Shown in pieces: positions 36,761-49,638 of a stretch of DNA of 64,000 bases. Position numbers and translations under genes: made by a program. Source of the DNA: Hydrolagus colliei (taxonomy: Eukaryota); NCBI GenBank assembly GCA_035084275.1, contig CM068742.1:154752001-154816000 (forward strand), read 5' to 3'. Position 1 is the stretch's first letter. Every line of letters begins with the position of its first letter. The notes beneath the pieces were generated by a model. That model was given only the letters and a program-made list of their open reading frames with translations, searched no databases and had not been told where the DNA came from.

Positions 36761-37419
36761 AAAGTAGATTAGGAAAGAGGTAAGAGAAGAGGAACTCTGT
36801 GATGGAGAGGGGAGACAAGATTAAAGCGCAACCACTGATGTGGGCAGGCAGGGTGGGGGCCGTAAATTGGGTGGTGCCTGTCGCGCAGCTCAGCTGCTTA
36901 GGAAAAAAATGTAGACTTTGGTGTGTATGTGTGTATATGTTCTAAACTGTCTGTGACCTCTAAATGTAACTGGCTAGTGCAGTCATATTCTTGGAACAAA
37001 ACCCTCTGCCAGTGGTTGGGGATTCCCCTACTGGGGGAACCCCCTCAACAGACAAGGGTTCCCCCAAAGCACCACACTGCCTCAGTAGCTCTGTTGAGAC
37101 TGTTATTGCTCTGAGTATCTGTGGAATAAGGCAGAGTTCTTCCTCTGTGTTTTGCTCCCCAGTGAAGTTTAAAAATCATCTTTGTTTGTGTTACAAAATC
37201 CACGTCTAATATTTAGGCCGCAATAGAAACGTCTTGAACTCAAATAATTTTCCTATAGGGCAAAAGAGCTAGGGACTGAGACAAATAATAATAATAATTT
37301 AATAATCCTTGCTTTTTATCATGCTTTTCAGGTCTTCTAGACCAGTGTTTCTCAAGAACCATTCAGTGAACTGGTGCTTGTCAGTGTAAGATTAGAGACA
37401 AAATAAATACATATATTCT

Positions 37420-37830
37420 CTCTAGAACAGAGAAGAGACCTGATAGAGGTCTGAGAGGGGACCTGTTAGAGGTTTATAAAATCAAGAGGGGATTCGACAG
37501 GGTGAATAGGGAAAAACTATTTCCACTGGTGGGCGAATCAGTGACTTGTGGTCACAGATTTAAAATAGTTTCAAAACGAAGCAGAGGGGAGCTGAGGAGA
37601 AATGTTTTCACTCAGTGGGTTGTTGGAATCTGGAATGCATTGCCTGGAAAGGTGGTGGAGGCAGATTCCATAACAGCTTTTAAAAGAGAATTAGATCTTT
37701 ATTTAGGAAGAGCAGGTCTGTTAGGTTATGGGGGGAGAGCTGGGCAGTGGGATTGAGTTGCTCTGTTCAAAGAGCCGGCACAGACTAGACGCGCCGAATG
37801 ACCTTCTTTTGTGCCTTAAGATTCTTTGTA
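37420..37830 (+). mobile_element. CR1 3' fragment
   Basis: ORF 37502-37756: REKLFPLVGES..WNALP..GQWD. Confidence 0.9.
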
Positions 37831-38204
37831 TGATATCAATTTGGAAGAAAAGAAAAATATGACACAGGTCTCTTAGATTTCTGAGTGGAACGAATTTTCA
37901 TAATATCCCAAATAGTTCATAGTAACTTTAATTCCATGCCGCTCCGCTCTAGGTCTTCCATTTAACATTAGGTTTCCATTGACCTGCAGTGAGTACGATG
38001 ACAGGGTAACTGACCTGTGCTCATTTCATGTCAAAGGTTTCTTCTTAAATGTAAAATTACAGCAGAATTTTTTTTTTATTGTTATCTGTACTAAATAGGG
38101 TGAGTTTCAATTTAATTAAACCCTAGTGTCTGCACTTTCCTTTAATTTCAAGCTTATATCCACAAATCTAGCAGTAAAAAATAGACCAAATAACTGGGAC
38201 CATA

Positions 38205-38545
38205 AAAGAGGTCTACGTCAGTTTAGGGAGATAGCCAGCCGGTCCCTGACATCAGAAAGGTCGAGAAACACTGTTCTAGACATTTCAAGGTGCTTTGCAG
38301 AATATCTTGTGAAGTGAATTGACTGTATTTTATGTGAGTGAAACTCGACAGCCAATTGCACACAGCAACGTCCCCACAAACAGTCATGGATTGAAGTGAC
38401 CAAATTTCTGTTTTTTGGAGTGACTGTTATTAGGTCTGTGGAGTAAGGAAACTTGCCCACAGTGTGACCCTGACCTGCCTGGATTCAAACGCAAGTCTCA
38501 GGCTTGTAAGGCGAGTGCTCTAACCACTGAGCTACAGGATTCCAC
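38205..38545 (-). mobile_element. Full-length tRNA-derived SINE
   Basis: Reverse complement tcctgtagctcagtggttagagcactcgccttacaag..gtttgaatccagg. Confidence 0.85.
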
Positions 38546-39709
38546 AACTGTGCTCTCCACATGTTCTATCTCCGTATTGTACCATATTTCCTTCCTAGAC
38601 CCAACTCTAGTTCCCTCTTTCCCTTTCTCTTTCACTTCCATTCACCTCTCCCTCTATCCATACCATTCTCCCTTCTCTCTGTCTTAATTCCTTTTCCCTT
38701 CTTTCCCTCTCTCATCCTCCCTCCATCTTCTTGCCGCCATGTCCCACAATCTTTGTTGGTCATATACAGAAACATATTTTTCCCTCTTTGTGACTTCCTT
38801 CCACTCCTTGTTCTCCTAACCATCCAGTTGTTACCAACCCACCTCCTCACTCTACCCCTAGGTCCTCAATCTTTTGGGGGTATTTATCCAGTTCTCTTGT
38901 GAACAATTCTCTTGTTCCAACCTTGGCAGCCTCTCACAGGAGTGAATTCCAAGCCCAGCCACAAATCTGCAATCTGGGTCGATTTGTGGAATAAAAGACA
39001 TTTCCACAGGTAAAGCTTGATAAATCTCCGTATTTATATGAATTCCCAGGTCTCCCTGTTCCTTCACCGATTTTAAGATTTTTCATCTAGTTTATATTGA
39101 AATAATGTACTACCTGTTTCGTCTCATTCTTCCTCTCAAAATGCGTTAGTTCACATTTCTCCACATTAACCTTCAACTGCCACATGTCTGCCCATTTTAG
39201 GAGTCTGCCTCTTGCAGTCTGATATTATCCTCCTACTACTTTTCCTAGTTTAGTATCATCTGCAAACTTGGAAATTGTACTCCCTTTCCCCCAAATCCAG
39301 TGAACTGTATGTATAAATATCAAAAAGAGCAGTGGCTCCAACACCAACCCCTAGAGGGAACCACTGCCCACTTCCCTTGAATTAGGAAAATACACCATCA
39401 CTCTGTGCTAACTGTCTCTCAGCCAGTTCTGTATCCATGCTGCTGTTGTCTCTTTTATATTGTGGGCATTTTGTATTCCGGAATTAGGCAATCAGGGTGT
39501 GTTCCTCCAGGGAAAGATTGTGCAGTACAAGCCAAACACAGAAAATAAGCCCATTTATACACTCGTGCTTTATATAAACTTATGCTTATACTTAAACTTG
39601 CTTTAACACATGAACTGACTGTCATGGGGACCTTGACTGCTCTGTCACACTTCATAGCTTCTCGCTCTGTGCAATGTGTTGGTATAGGATTGAATTGTTC
39701 TTTTCAAAG

Positions 39710-40490
39710 AAAAGCATATGGGATACTAGGCTTTATAAATAGAGGTATAGAATACAAAAGTCAGGAAGTTCTGACTAACCTCTATAAAACTTTGGTTAGG
39801 CCTCAGCTGGAGTACTGTGTACAATTCTGGTCACCACACTTTAGGAAGGATGTTAAGGCATTGGAAAGGGTGCAGAGGAGAATTACTAGGATGGTACCAG
39901 GAATGAGGGACTTCAGCTACGAGGAAAGGCTAGATTGGCTAGGCTTATTCTCATTGGAACACAGAAGGTTAATAGAGGATTTTAAGATCATGAAGGGATT
40001 CAACAGTGTAAACAGAGAAAAACTGTTTCCACTGGTGGGTGTATCAGTGACTCGTGGTCACAGATTTAAAATACAGTAAAAAGCCGATTTATCTGTGACC
40101 TGATCAACTGTAACTTCCGTATACCTGGAACCTCAAAAAAAATCTGCATTCAATTAACCGGAATTTAGCCGGAATGTTTTAAAAAATTTGTGTTTTCGGA
40201 CGAATATGCAGCACGCGCGTTAACCAGCATTGGCCAGGACCCGAGGGTGTCGGATAAAATGGCTTTTACTGTAGTTTCAAAAAGAAGTAGAGGGGAGGTG
40301 AGGAGAAATTTTTTCACTCAGGGAGTTGTTGGAATCTGGAATGCATTGCCTGAAAAGGTGGTGGAGGCCAATCCGATAACAACCTTTAAAAGAGAGGTAG
40401 ACGTTTATTTAGGGAGGACAGGTTTGCGAGGTTATGGAGAGAGAGCTGGGGATTTGGATTGAATTGCTCTTTTCAAAGAGCCGGCACAAT
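39710..40490 (+). mobile_element. CR1 3' fragment interrupted by a MITE
   Basis: KAYGILGFINRGIEYKSQEV.. frame; the sequence resumes after 40273. Confidence 0.9.
40074..40271. mobile_element. Tc1/mariner-pogo (Tigger-like) MITE, 198 bp
   Basis: TA|CAGTAAAAAGCCGATTTATC...GATAAAATGGCTTTTACTG|TA; the empty CR1 site reads tttaaaaTAgtttc. Confidence 0.9.
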
Positions 40491-41034
40491 TTCAATACCT
40501 ATCAAATAGGTAAAACATCTTTTGGTTCTGATGAAGGGTTGTAGACCCAAAACGTTGACTCTTTTTCCTTTCTCTATGGATGCTGCCTGACCTGCTGAGT
40601 TTCCCCAACAACTTTTGTTCTGTAACATCTTTTGAGTTTGAGGCCCGGTAACATAATTATACAGTAATTGCTTGATTCTAGAGAATAGGCTATCTGCTGC
40701 TTGCAAGCTTCAAATAATTGAAGTCAAGGTTGATATTCCTGGCCACTGTGAAGGTTGAGGTGGGGCATGTGCTAGCAGAGTTGGGAGTCAGGATGTGCAG
40801 GATGAGGAAATATTTTCAGCCCTGGTCCGGCTCGGTTGAAATTCTGCATACTCAGGGTCTGAGGTTTACTGAAATATAATAGCAACTTGAATTCACATAG
40901 AACCAAAAGTGCTTCATAGATGATAGGTGTTCAAAAGTAAATACTGAAAGATATCTGTATTTTATGAGCTAGTCTTTACAATTCGCAGGACTTGTAAGGG
41001 CAGATCACAGTAATATCAATGGACAACCATAATA

Positions 41035-41310
41035 ATAATACATGCATTTGATATAGCATTTTTCACTTTTTGTAGGCGTCTCAAAGCGCTTCACAGAATA
41101 TACTGTAATTTGAGTTGACTGTATATTTGTAGGTGAAATGTGGTGGCCAATTGTGCAAAGCAGCGGCCCCACAAACAGTCATGGATGACCAATATTTTTT
41201 TGAAGGGATTATTATTAGGTGTGCGAAGTGAGGAAACTTGCCCAAGATTTTGCCCTGCCTGGATTCGAACACAGATCTCATGCTTGAAAAGGCGAGGGAT
41301 CTAACCACAA
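41035..41310 (-). mobile_element. tRNA-derived SINE
   Basis: B box GTTCGAATCC on the - strand; shared body. Confidence 0.8.
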
Positions 41311-42179
41311 GCTTTGTGGTTCTAGCTGGTTACCTCCAGAAGTTACCCCAATCAACACTCTAGTCCACAAGCCTTAACTCCTGTCAAGCTGCACCTAATA
41401 TTGAACGCTTTGGATACTATTTGATTTGGTTTCTGAATGTGTCAGATACTCAACTGATACCAAAATAATCTGTAATAAGTAAAATAACTGTCATCGACTA
41501 GCTGTTGAATGCAGAAATAAGGGGAAAGTTCATCCCATTTGAAGCCTGGCATTTTGTTACTTGATGACTGTCCACTAAACAACAACAAAATTACATTTAT
41601 AGAGCGCGTTTCATGATGGGAGGACGTCCCAAGGCATCAGGCAGCGGTGTTCCACTCCTGACCAAGAATGGCCTCTTCCAGACCAAATTGCCACTGTTTT
41701 TGGTAGTCCTCTCCCACACCAGGCTCCATGACTCCATCACCTTCACTCTCGCCTGACTTCATTGGTTCCCCATGCCTCAGAGGATAGAGTTCAAAATCTC
41801 TGAAATGGAGATTAATAAAATTGTAAATTGCAGGCCTGATGGACAGCAATAATACAGAGCTTTTCTCATAATTTTTTCATTAAAAAACCCCCATCTCCAA
41901 TCACTTCATAGATTAAAATTGGTTAGAAATAAAGTGAGTGTTTTATAATAATACTAATTCTTGCATTTAATATATGAAGTCATATGTCTTATGAAGTCAT
42001 CAAAATTTCTCAACATGCTTCATAGAATATACAGTGAAATGCAGTGACTGTAATTTGTAGGTGAATGTGGCAGCCAATTTGCATACAGCAGTGTCCTGCA
42101 AGCCGTGTTATAAAAATTCCCTGTGTTATGATACAATAATAAATTGCTTTTATATAGTGATAAATTTATATAGGGTTGC

Positions 42180-42910
42180 AAATGTTACTCCCCTAAGAGA
42201 TAGAGGATAAGCCTGGAAACTACAGGCCAGTCAGCCTAATGTCAGTAGTGGAGTCACTTCTAGACACTATAATGCAGGAAAAAAATATTTCTATTTCGAG
42301 AAATATGGGTTAATAAAGGATAGCCAACACAGATTTGTTAATGGCAAATAAAATAATGGAGAGGGGAGCTGAGGTAGTGCAGGTAATGTAGTTTATTTGG
42401 ATTTTCAAAAGGCGTTTTGATAGGCCTTGCAACGTGACGTGAAAAGTGCTATAGAAGTGTAATTTTGTTGTTGTTGTTGATAAAGCGCCACACAAGGGAC
42501 TTGTAAGCAAAATAGAAGTCCATGGTATTAAAGGGACAATGACAGAAGGGGTACATAACTGGTTGGGAGGTAGAAAGTAGAGAGTGATGGTGAGCGATCT
42601 TTTTTACTGCTGTTTTTGGTCTATAAATGACCTGGGATGGGGTACAGGGAATACAATTTCAAGGTTTACGAATGACACACTGTTAGGATAAGCAGTAATC
42701 AGTGAGGAGGATAGTAGCAGACTGCAAGAGGATATAGACAGACTGGTAAAATGGGCAGACATGTGGCAGAAGAAGTTTAATGTGAATGAATGCAAAGCGA
42801 TGCATTTTCGGAGGAGGGGTAATATAAGCTGATGATAGAATCTTAAAGGGGTGAAGGAGCAGAAAGACCCAGGAGTTCATATAAATAAATCTTTAAAAGG
42901 AGCAGGGCAG
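42180..42910 (+). mobile_element. Old CR1 RT fragment
   Basis: Decayed YRPVSL, DFQKAFD and LQEDIDRLVKWAD motifs. Confidence 0.8.
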
Positions 42911-42987
42911 GTAAAGCTGTGTCTCAACACATTGTTGAAATGTCCTCTGTTACTTCATAGGATTTATTGCAAAGTGTATTGACTATA

Positions 42988-43779
42988 CAGTTAACCCTCA
43001 TCGAGGGCAACTTTATCGATTGCGAATTAAAGCATACGTGAGGAAAAAAAAGTCACTTTTTTGCGCAGTACGCGTGAAACTTGTGTGGACGCGCTGGCTG
43101 CCCCCGCGCATGTACACTTGTGTCGCGCCGGCAGCTACCGACTAAATCCGATGATTCCTCACTGGCTGGCCCCGCGTGCAATACACCCTTGGGATAGTCT
43201 TCGGCCTCGGAGCATTGCTTGGTAAACAGAAGAGACAGAGAGAGAGTCTCCTAACACTTCCAGGAACAAAGGTAAAATAATTCAAAAACAGAAGTTGCTG
43301 GGTAAACTCAGCAGGTCAGGCAGCATCCATGGAGAAAGGAAAAAGAGTCAACGTTTCGAGTCCACAACCCTTCGTCAAACGATTGTAGACCTGAAACATT
43401 GACTCTTTTTCCTTTCTCCATTGATGCTGCCTGACCTGCTGAGTTTCCCCAGCAACTTCTGATTTTGTTTCAGATTCCCAGCATCTGTAGTATTTTGTGT
43501 TTTCTAAAACAATTATTGCTTTATTGCCTTATTCTTGATTGCTTGGGATACTGTTGCTTTATTGTTGGGGGAGGAGCGGGCTGGCTGGCTGTAGCCCACC
43601 TCAGTACGTACCTTCCATTGGTCGGGTGTGGATGTGCCTGGAGGCTTGAGGTGGGTAGCCTGTGGCTATATTCCCCTAACCCCCCTTTTTCCCATTACTT
43701 GTTAACCTGATCCAATGCGATTTTACCGATTGCGCACTTTTCCAGGAACGTAACTCCCATGATCGACGAGGGTTAACTG
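42988..43779. mobile_element. Non-autonomous Tigger/pogo-type DNA transposon with a nested Penelope palindrome (~43288-43500)
   Basis: 17-bp TIRs CAGTTAACCCTC(A/G)TCGA, TA on both sides, subterminal GGAACGTAAC. Confidence 0.85.
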
Positions 43780-44307
43780 TATGTTATAGTAGAATATGGC
43801 AAACAATTTGCTCTCAACAGTATCCCTCACTGAAGTGAGAAACTGTCTTCTCTTTTCGAAAAGTGCCGTGTAGCATCTCTAACATCCACTTTAACAGGTA
43901 GGCGGGGCCTCAGTTCACTCCCACCACTCCCAGTGCTGTATAACTAACTTGATAACACAGTCAGCAAGAGAGACAGTGATCTGGAAATATATCATCGGCT
44001 TGTATTTCATATACAGTACACTCTGTTACTGTAGCGTTTTGTTGCTGTGCACAATTGGCTGCCACAATTGGCTGCCCACAAATATACAATCAATTCACTT
44101 TACAGTATATTCTGTGATGTGCTTTGAGACATCGATAAGATGTGAAAAGTGCTCTGAGTTGCCGGCGGACGTGGTGTGTGCTATATATATATATATCGAA
44201 GTTGTTGTTGTTATCAAAATGTAAGGATTATTATTATAAACAGACTCAGACTATAATGCGTCATGCTCTGATTGGGTCAAACTGTACAATGAAGATTTGT
44301 TAACTAA

Positions 44308-44313
44308 TTTATT
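44308..44313 (-). promoter_or_regulatory. Candidate polyadenylation signal (AATAAA) of gene D
   Basis: TTTATT on + about 70 nt past the gene D stop. The aligned position in gene A reads AATACA (15369-15374). Confidence 0.5.
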
Positions 44314-44385
44314 GGGCACAATGTAAATTACTACAGGTCTCACCTGTATAACTTGTGGATGCCAGACTGCAGGAGGGAGCAAAAT

Positions 44386-44438
44386 TCACTGCTCAGCTGA
44401 GCTCCACTTGGATTGGGCGACTTCAGCATAAACCACAT
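44386..44438 (-). CDS. Gene D terminal coding exon with ITIM (NVVYAEVAQSKWSSAEQ*)
   Basis: Acceptor ttgtttcccttctAG; VVYAEV ITIM; TGA at 44386-44388. Confidence 0.85.
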
Positions 44439-44754
44439 CTAGAAGGGAAACAAAATAGGAGTCAGGGCATATCCCTGAGCTCTGAGATACTGTGTGACCC
44501 AGGTTAAAGGTTGTAAGAACCCTCACATTTAATACAATATCTCTAAAGTCCAAATCTCTCAAAAGGGATCGTTGTCAAGTGAGCGTCTGTGGATTTTGTC
44601 GGCAAGCCTGGCGGCCAATTTGCGTTTAGCAATGTTTCACGAACAGCCATGAAACATTTGTAGTGGATTTGTAAATCCACCACCTCCTAACCCAGAGTGC
44701 AAGTAGTGAAGAGACTGGATAAACAATAAACCATAAAACGTAGACAACACTCAC

Positions 44755-44790
44755 TGTCATCGGATGCTCTGATGGTAGAATTTGCGTACA
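44755..44790 (-). CDS. Gene D YxN exon (VYANSTIRASDD)
   Basis: 36 nt, phase 1-1; acceptor ctctctccctccctcccaAG is shifted 3 nt relative to gene A; donor GTGAGT. Confidence 0.8.
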
Positions 44791-45539
44791 CTTGGGAGGG
44801 AGGGAGAGAGAGACACTTATTAGTAAATAGTTACAAAATAGATTGAATTTCCATAAAATGGGAATGGGAATCAGCTACACACAGAAAACATGACACCAGT
44901 TATCAAATGGAGTGTGTATATTACCGTATATACATGGCCTCTCCTTAGCGTAATATTTCTCACACTGGCTGTGGTGAGAGTGTGTGATGCTCTTCAGAGG
45001 TGGAATGCATTGCGAGGTTCATAAGGGAGATGGATAGAGACTCGGACTGGAAAGCGATGAAGGAGTGTGGAGAAATATCAGGGATTGAATGGGATCTTTC
45101 ATGATCCAATTAAACTAGTGGAGTAGGCTGAGTGGGCTGAATGGCCTCCTCCTATTTCCCAGTAAGCACCAAGCTGTTACCCTGAACATCAAGGGTCAAA
45201 CAATGCCATGAGATTGTTAATGTCCACCTGAACAGGCCATCAAATGTGAGCCTGGATTATGTTGCATATTGCTTTAACAATATAATTGGCAATTTAATAT
45301 GGATGATATAAGTATAAAAGGATTCTAGGAGAGGGTCTTGCAGATTTGAAAGAGCGTGTAAAAGAGGGTAACTTTTAAAGTTTGACTTAAAGCCCTGAGT
45401 GAATCTATATTGCGTTTTGTAGATTGAATAACAGTACAGATTATGTGAATGGAAGGACCCGATACAAGTCTTGAAACCATAACCATATTTCCAATTGAGC
45501 CAGGCTGACAGGAGAGTGCCAGGAGAGAGCCTTTAGAAC

Positions 45540-47710
45540 CAACAAGAGAACAAGTGATACTTAGAATCGACAAGGGAATAAACCATACTGGATTTGGTGA
45601 TGAGTAATGAGACAGAACTACTTAACAATCTGAGAGTAAGGGAACGTCTTGAAAACAGTGATCATAATCTGATTGAATTTGACACTAGATTTGAGAGGGA
45701 GAGTCCCAAACTAAAGATTTAAATGTATTTAAGCCAAACTTTGATGGGATGGGAAATATATTGACCACAGTAAACTGGGATGAATTGTTCGTGGGTAAAC
45801 CTACAGATGAACAATGGGAAGTATTCAAAAAAAATACTATACAGAGCAAGTACATACCCCTGAAATGCAATAGCTCAAATCGTGCAGTTAAGCAACCATG
45901 ATGGACAAAAGAGGTTAGAGACTGTATCAAGCTAAAACAAAAAAAAATTACTGAGGACATCTGAAGAAGCTGGAAAGGGATTAAAACGAAAAGAATGAAA
46001 GGAGCAAAAAGGGTGTATGAACAAAAACTTGCAAGGGATACTAAAAAAAAAGTATGAGGGCAAAATATCAGCCCAACAGGGGAACCTGAAAATAAATGAA
46101 AGAGAAATGCTTCATCAAATAAAAGCAAATAATAAAATGGTAATGGAGAAAATAACAGACTCAAAACAGACAAATCTCTAGGACCTGATAGTTTTCACCC
46201 CAGGGTGTTAAAGGAAATAGGAGAGGAAGCTGTGGATGCATTTGTCATAATTTTCCAAAGCTCCCTAGATTTTAGAATTGTGCTCTTAGGTTGGAAAATT
46301 GCAAATGCCACCCCTTTATTTAAGAAGAGAGGGAGGGAGAAACTAGAAAACTATAGACCTGTCAGCTTAATGTCAGTTGTAGGGAAAATATTGGAATCTA
46401 TCATCAGGGACAGAGTGACTGAACACCTGAGCGGTATGAGCTTGTCAAAGACAGTCAGGATTGGTTTGTGAAGTGTAAGTCACATCTGACTAATCTAGTT
46501 GAATTTTTTGAGGAAGCCATTAAAATAGTAGATGAGAAAGTATCTATTTATGGTGATTTATATGGACTTACCGAAGGCATTGGATAAGATTCCACACAAA
46601 AGATTATTAGCGAAAATGGAAGCGGAGGTAACTTTGTGATGTGTCTTGTCAATTAGTCAGGAGGCAAGAAACAGAGAGGGAATGTTCTCTGATTGGTGGG
46701 ACGTGACAATTGTATCCCCCAGGGGTCTATATAGGGCCCTATTTGCCATGGATATAAATGACTTGGATAAAGGAATAGAAAGTTTTATATCCAAGTTTGC
46801 AGACGATACTAAGATCGGAGGCTCATTAAGTAGTGTAGATGGGAGAGGAAGTTACAAAGGGACTTAGACAGATTAAGTGAGTGGGAAAGCTGTGGCAGAT
46901 GGAGATCAATGTAGGGAAGTGCAAGGTCATCCACTATGGACACAGAAAAGATAAGGCAGAATATTTTATTAAGAGGGAGAAATTAAGAACTGTGGAGGAT
47001 CAAAGAGATTTGGGTCCATCTCCGCAAATTACTAAAAACCAGTTCCCAGATGTAAATCAAAAAGGTGAATGGAATGTTGGCCTTTATCTCGAAGGACCTG
47101 GAATACAAAGGGGGAAGAACTGATGCTTCAGCTGTACAGAGTCAGATGCCATCTGGAAACTGCATTCAGTTTTGGGCACTAACCTCAGGAAAGATATATT
47201 GGCCCTAGATGGGGTGCAGCGCAGGTTCACCAGAACGTTACCAGGCCTAAAAGGGTTATGTTACGAGAAAATAATGCGTAAACTTGGATTGTATTCCCTT
47301 GAGTTTAGAAGGTTGAGGGGTGATTTGATTGATCTTTAAAGGTATTTGAGATGTTAAAGGGATTTGTTAGGGTAGATACAGAGAAGCTATTTCCTCTGGC
47401 GAGGGAATTGAAGACAAAGAGACATAATCTTAAAATTAGAACCAGGTGATTTAAGAGTGAAATCAGGACATTTTTTCATTCAAAGGATAGTAGAAATCTG
47501 GAATTCTCTTCTCCCAAAAGATACTGCATCCATACACAATTTGAAGCGTGAGGTTGATACATCTTGGATACGTCAGGGTATTAAGGGATATGGGGAGAAA
47601 ACGGGAGATTGGAATTGAAATTAGTAGAACTACAGATCGGCCATGATATAACTAAATGGTGGAACAGGCTCGAATGGTTGAATGGCCTACTCCTGTTCCT
47701 GTGTTTCTTT
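45540..47710 (+). mobile_element. Long degenerate CR1 ORF2 remnant
   Basis: ENYRPVSL, SKFADDTK and WNSL motifs across many frameshifts; CR1-type 3' UTR. Confidence 0.9.
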
Positions 47711-47843
47711 ACGATGTCCTCCCTACGTGAAAGGCACTATACAAATGTAATTTTGTTATTGTTATTGTTGAGAGGGCAGGTACCACCAGTTGGCTGAGAG
47801 GTGAGATATTGCTGGCTCCATCCTCATGTGATATGCTTCTTAC

Positions 47844-47903
47844 CTGAATCTGTTTGCTGGGCTGCTGCTGGGACAACCTCGCTGTAGATCACAGCAGCTT
47901 CAT
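47844..47903 (-). CDS. Gene D ITIM exon 2 (DEAAVIYSEVVPAAAQQTDS)
   Basis: 60 nt, phase 1-1, ctctgacAG/GTAAGA; VIYSEV ITIM. Confidence 0.87.
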
Positions 47904-48149
47904 CTGTCAGAGACACAACAGTCAGCACCTTCTCCAGCCCTCTTCAGCTTCTCATTTGCCACATTCTACCGTGCCCTGTCCACTTACCCCTTGTATACCA
48001 GCCACGTTTGCTCATGCAAGTCACAGGTGTGTGCTGCAGAATGCACCGGGATCAAATCTAATTCAACGGTCCATCAGCAGATCTGGCTGGACCACATAAA
48101 AATTTACTGCTCTGTCCTCACCCCATCCTTCTACTCCAATATAATCTTG

Positions 48150-49560
48150 GAGGCAAGATAAGTCATCTGTTACTCTTCTCCACAACAAACCTTCTCCACA
48201 ACAGGCTCTCTATCATGCCTCACCCATTCCTCTTTTCTATCCTCTCCGCTCTTCTTCTCCCTTTTTCAAACTCCAGGCTCCTTTTCTCCACCACAAACCA
48301 TCTCCTCCTTCTATGCCTCACCCATCCTATCCTCCAACTGCATGGAGATGCTGGATATCCTCGAATCAAAAATCAAGGGATCCATTCAGCCCCTTCTACC
48401 CCATCTTCCACTACCTCCCCATTACTCTCCCAGGATCCACCCCGCTCCCACTCACCACTACACACCTTTGATCCTATCTCTCTCCCCAACCTCTCTGCTC
48501 TCATCGAAAAATGAAATCCACCACCTGCTCCCTTGACCCAATTTTCACCTCACTCCTCATCTCCCACCTATCTCCTAGTGCACCTCCTAAGTGATATCAT
48601 CAACCTCTCCCTATCCATTGGCACTATTCCTACCCGTCTAAAAACTGCTATCATCATGCCTATCTTGAAAAAATCTTCACTGGACTCATCCCTACTCTCT
48701 AGTTACCACCACATCAACAACCTCCCATTCCTTTCCCAAGGCCCTGGAACAAGTCATTGCTTCTCAGCTTACCTCCTTTCTCTCTCGCCATTCCCTTTTC
48801 GAACCCCTGCAATATGGCTGCCCATAGTATGGAGACAGCCCTGTTTAAAGTCTCCCATGACATTCTAAACATCTGTGATCAGGGCTCTCTTTGCCTCCAT
48901 GTCCTCTTTGACAACAACAACCACTTTGATTTATATAGCGCCCTCCACACTGGACGACGTCTCAGAGCACTTGACCTCTTTGCTGCCTTCGACACTGTTG
49001 ACCACTTCAACCTCCTACACTGCCTCTCCTCCCAGCTGAATCTCTATGGACCAGCCCTCGCCTGGTTTGACTCTTAACTTTCTCATCATCTCCGCTTTGT
49101 TGCCATCAGCGGCTTCTCTTCCAGCCGCCACACTGTCACCTGTGGTGTCTGCCAGGGTTCTGTTCTTGGACCCTTTTCAACATCTACATGCTGCCCCTTG
49201 GTGACATCATGCGCATCATGGGGTTAACTTCCACGTGTATACGGATGACACCCAACTCTATATTTCTGCCTCTACCCTCAACTCCAGGACTACTACTGCC
49301 CTGACAGACTGCCCGTCAGATATCAAGTCCTGGATGAAAGCTAACTTTCTATAGTTGAATGTTAAACAGACAGAGGCCCTACTGATTGGCTCATGCCAGC
49401 GTCTTCACACATCATGACAGGATGAACCTCCATGGTTGCTCACTCAACCTCACCAACCCAGACAGGAATCTTGGTGTCTTGTTCGATCCTCGACTATCTT
49501 TCCTCCCCCACATGCAAGCAATGACCTGCTCTGCCTTCCCTCACCTCCGCAATATTGCCT
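48150..49560 (+). mobile_element. Degenerate L2 RT remnant between the gene D ITIM exons
   Basis: LDLFAAFDTVDH, CQGSVLGP, YTDDTQLY motifs. Confidence 0.85.
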
Positions 49561-49584
49561 GGCTCAATGTGATACATTTCTTAC

Positions 49585-49638
49585 CTGAATCTGTTTTCCA
49601 GGTCGGTACTGCCTCGCTATAGATCACAGCAGCTTCAC
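49585..49638 (-). CDS. Gene D ITIM-like exon 1 (GEAAVIYSEAVPTWKTDS)
   Basis: 54 nt, phase 1-1, ctctgacAG/GTAAGA; VIYSEA is a degenerate ITIM. Confidence 0.83.
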
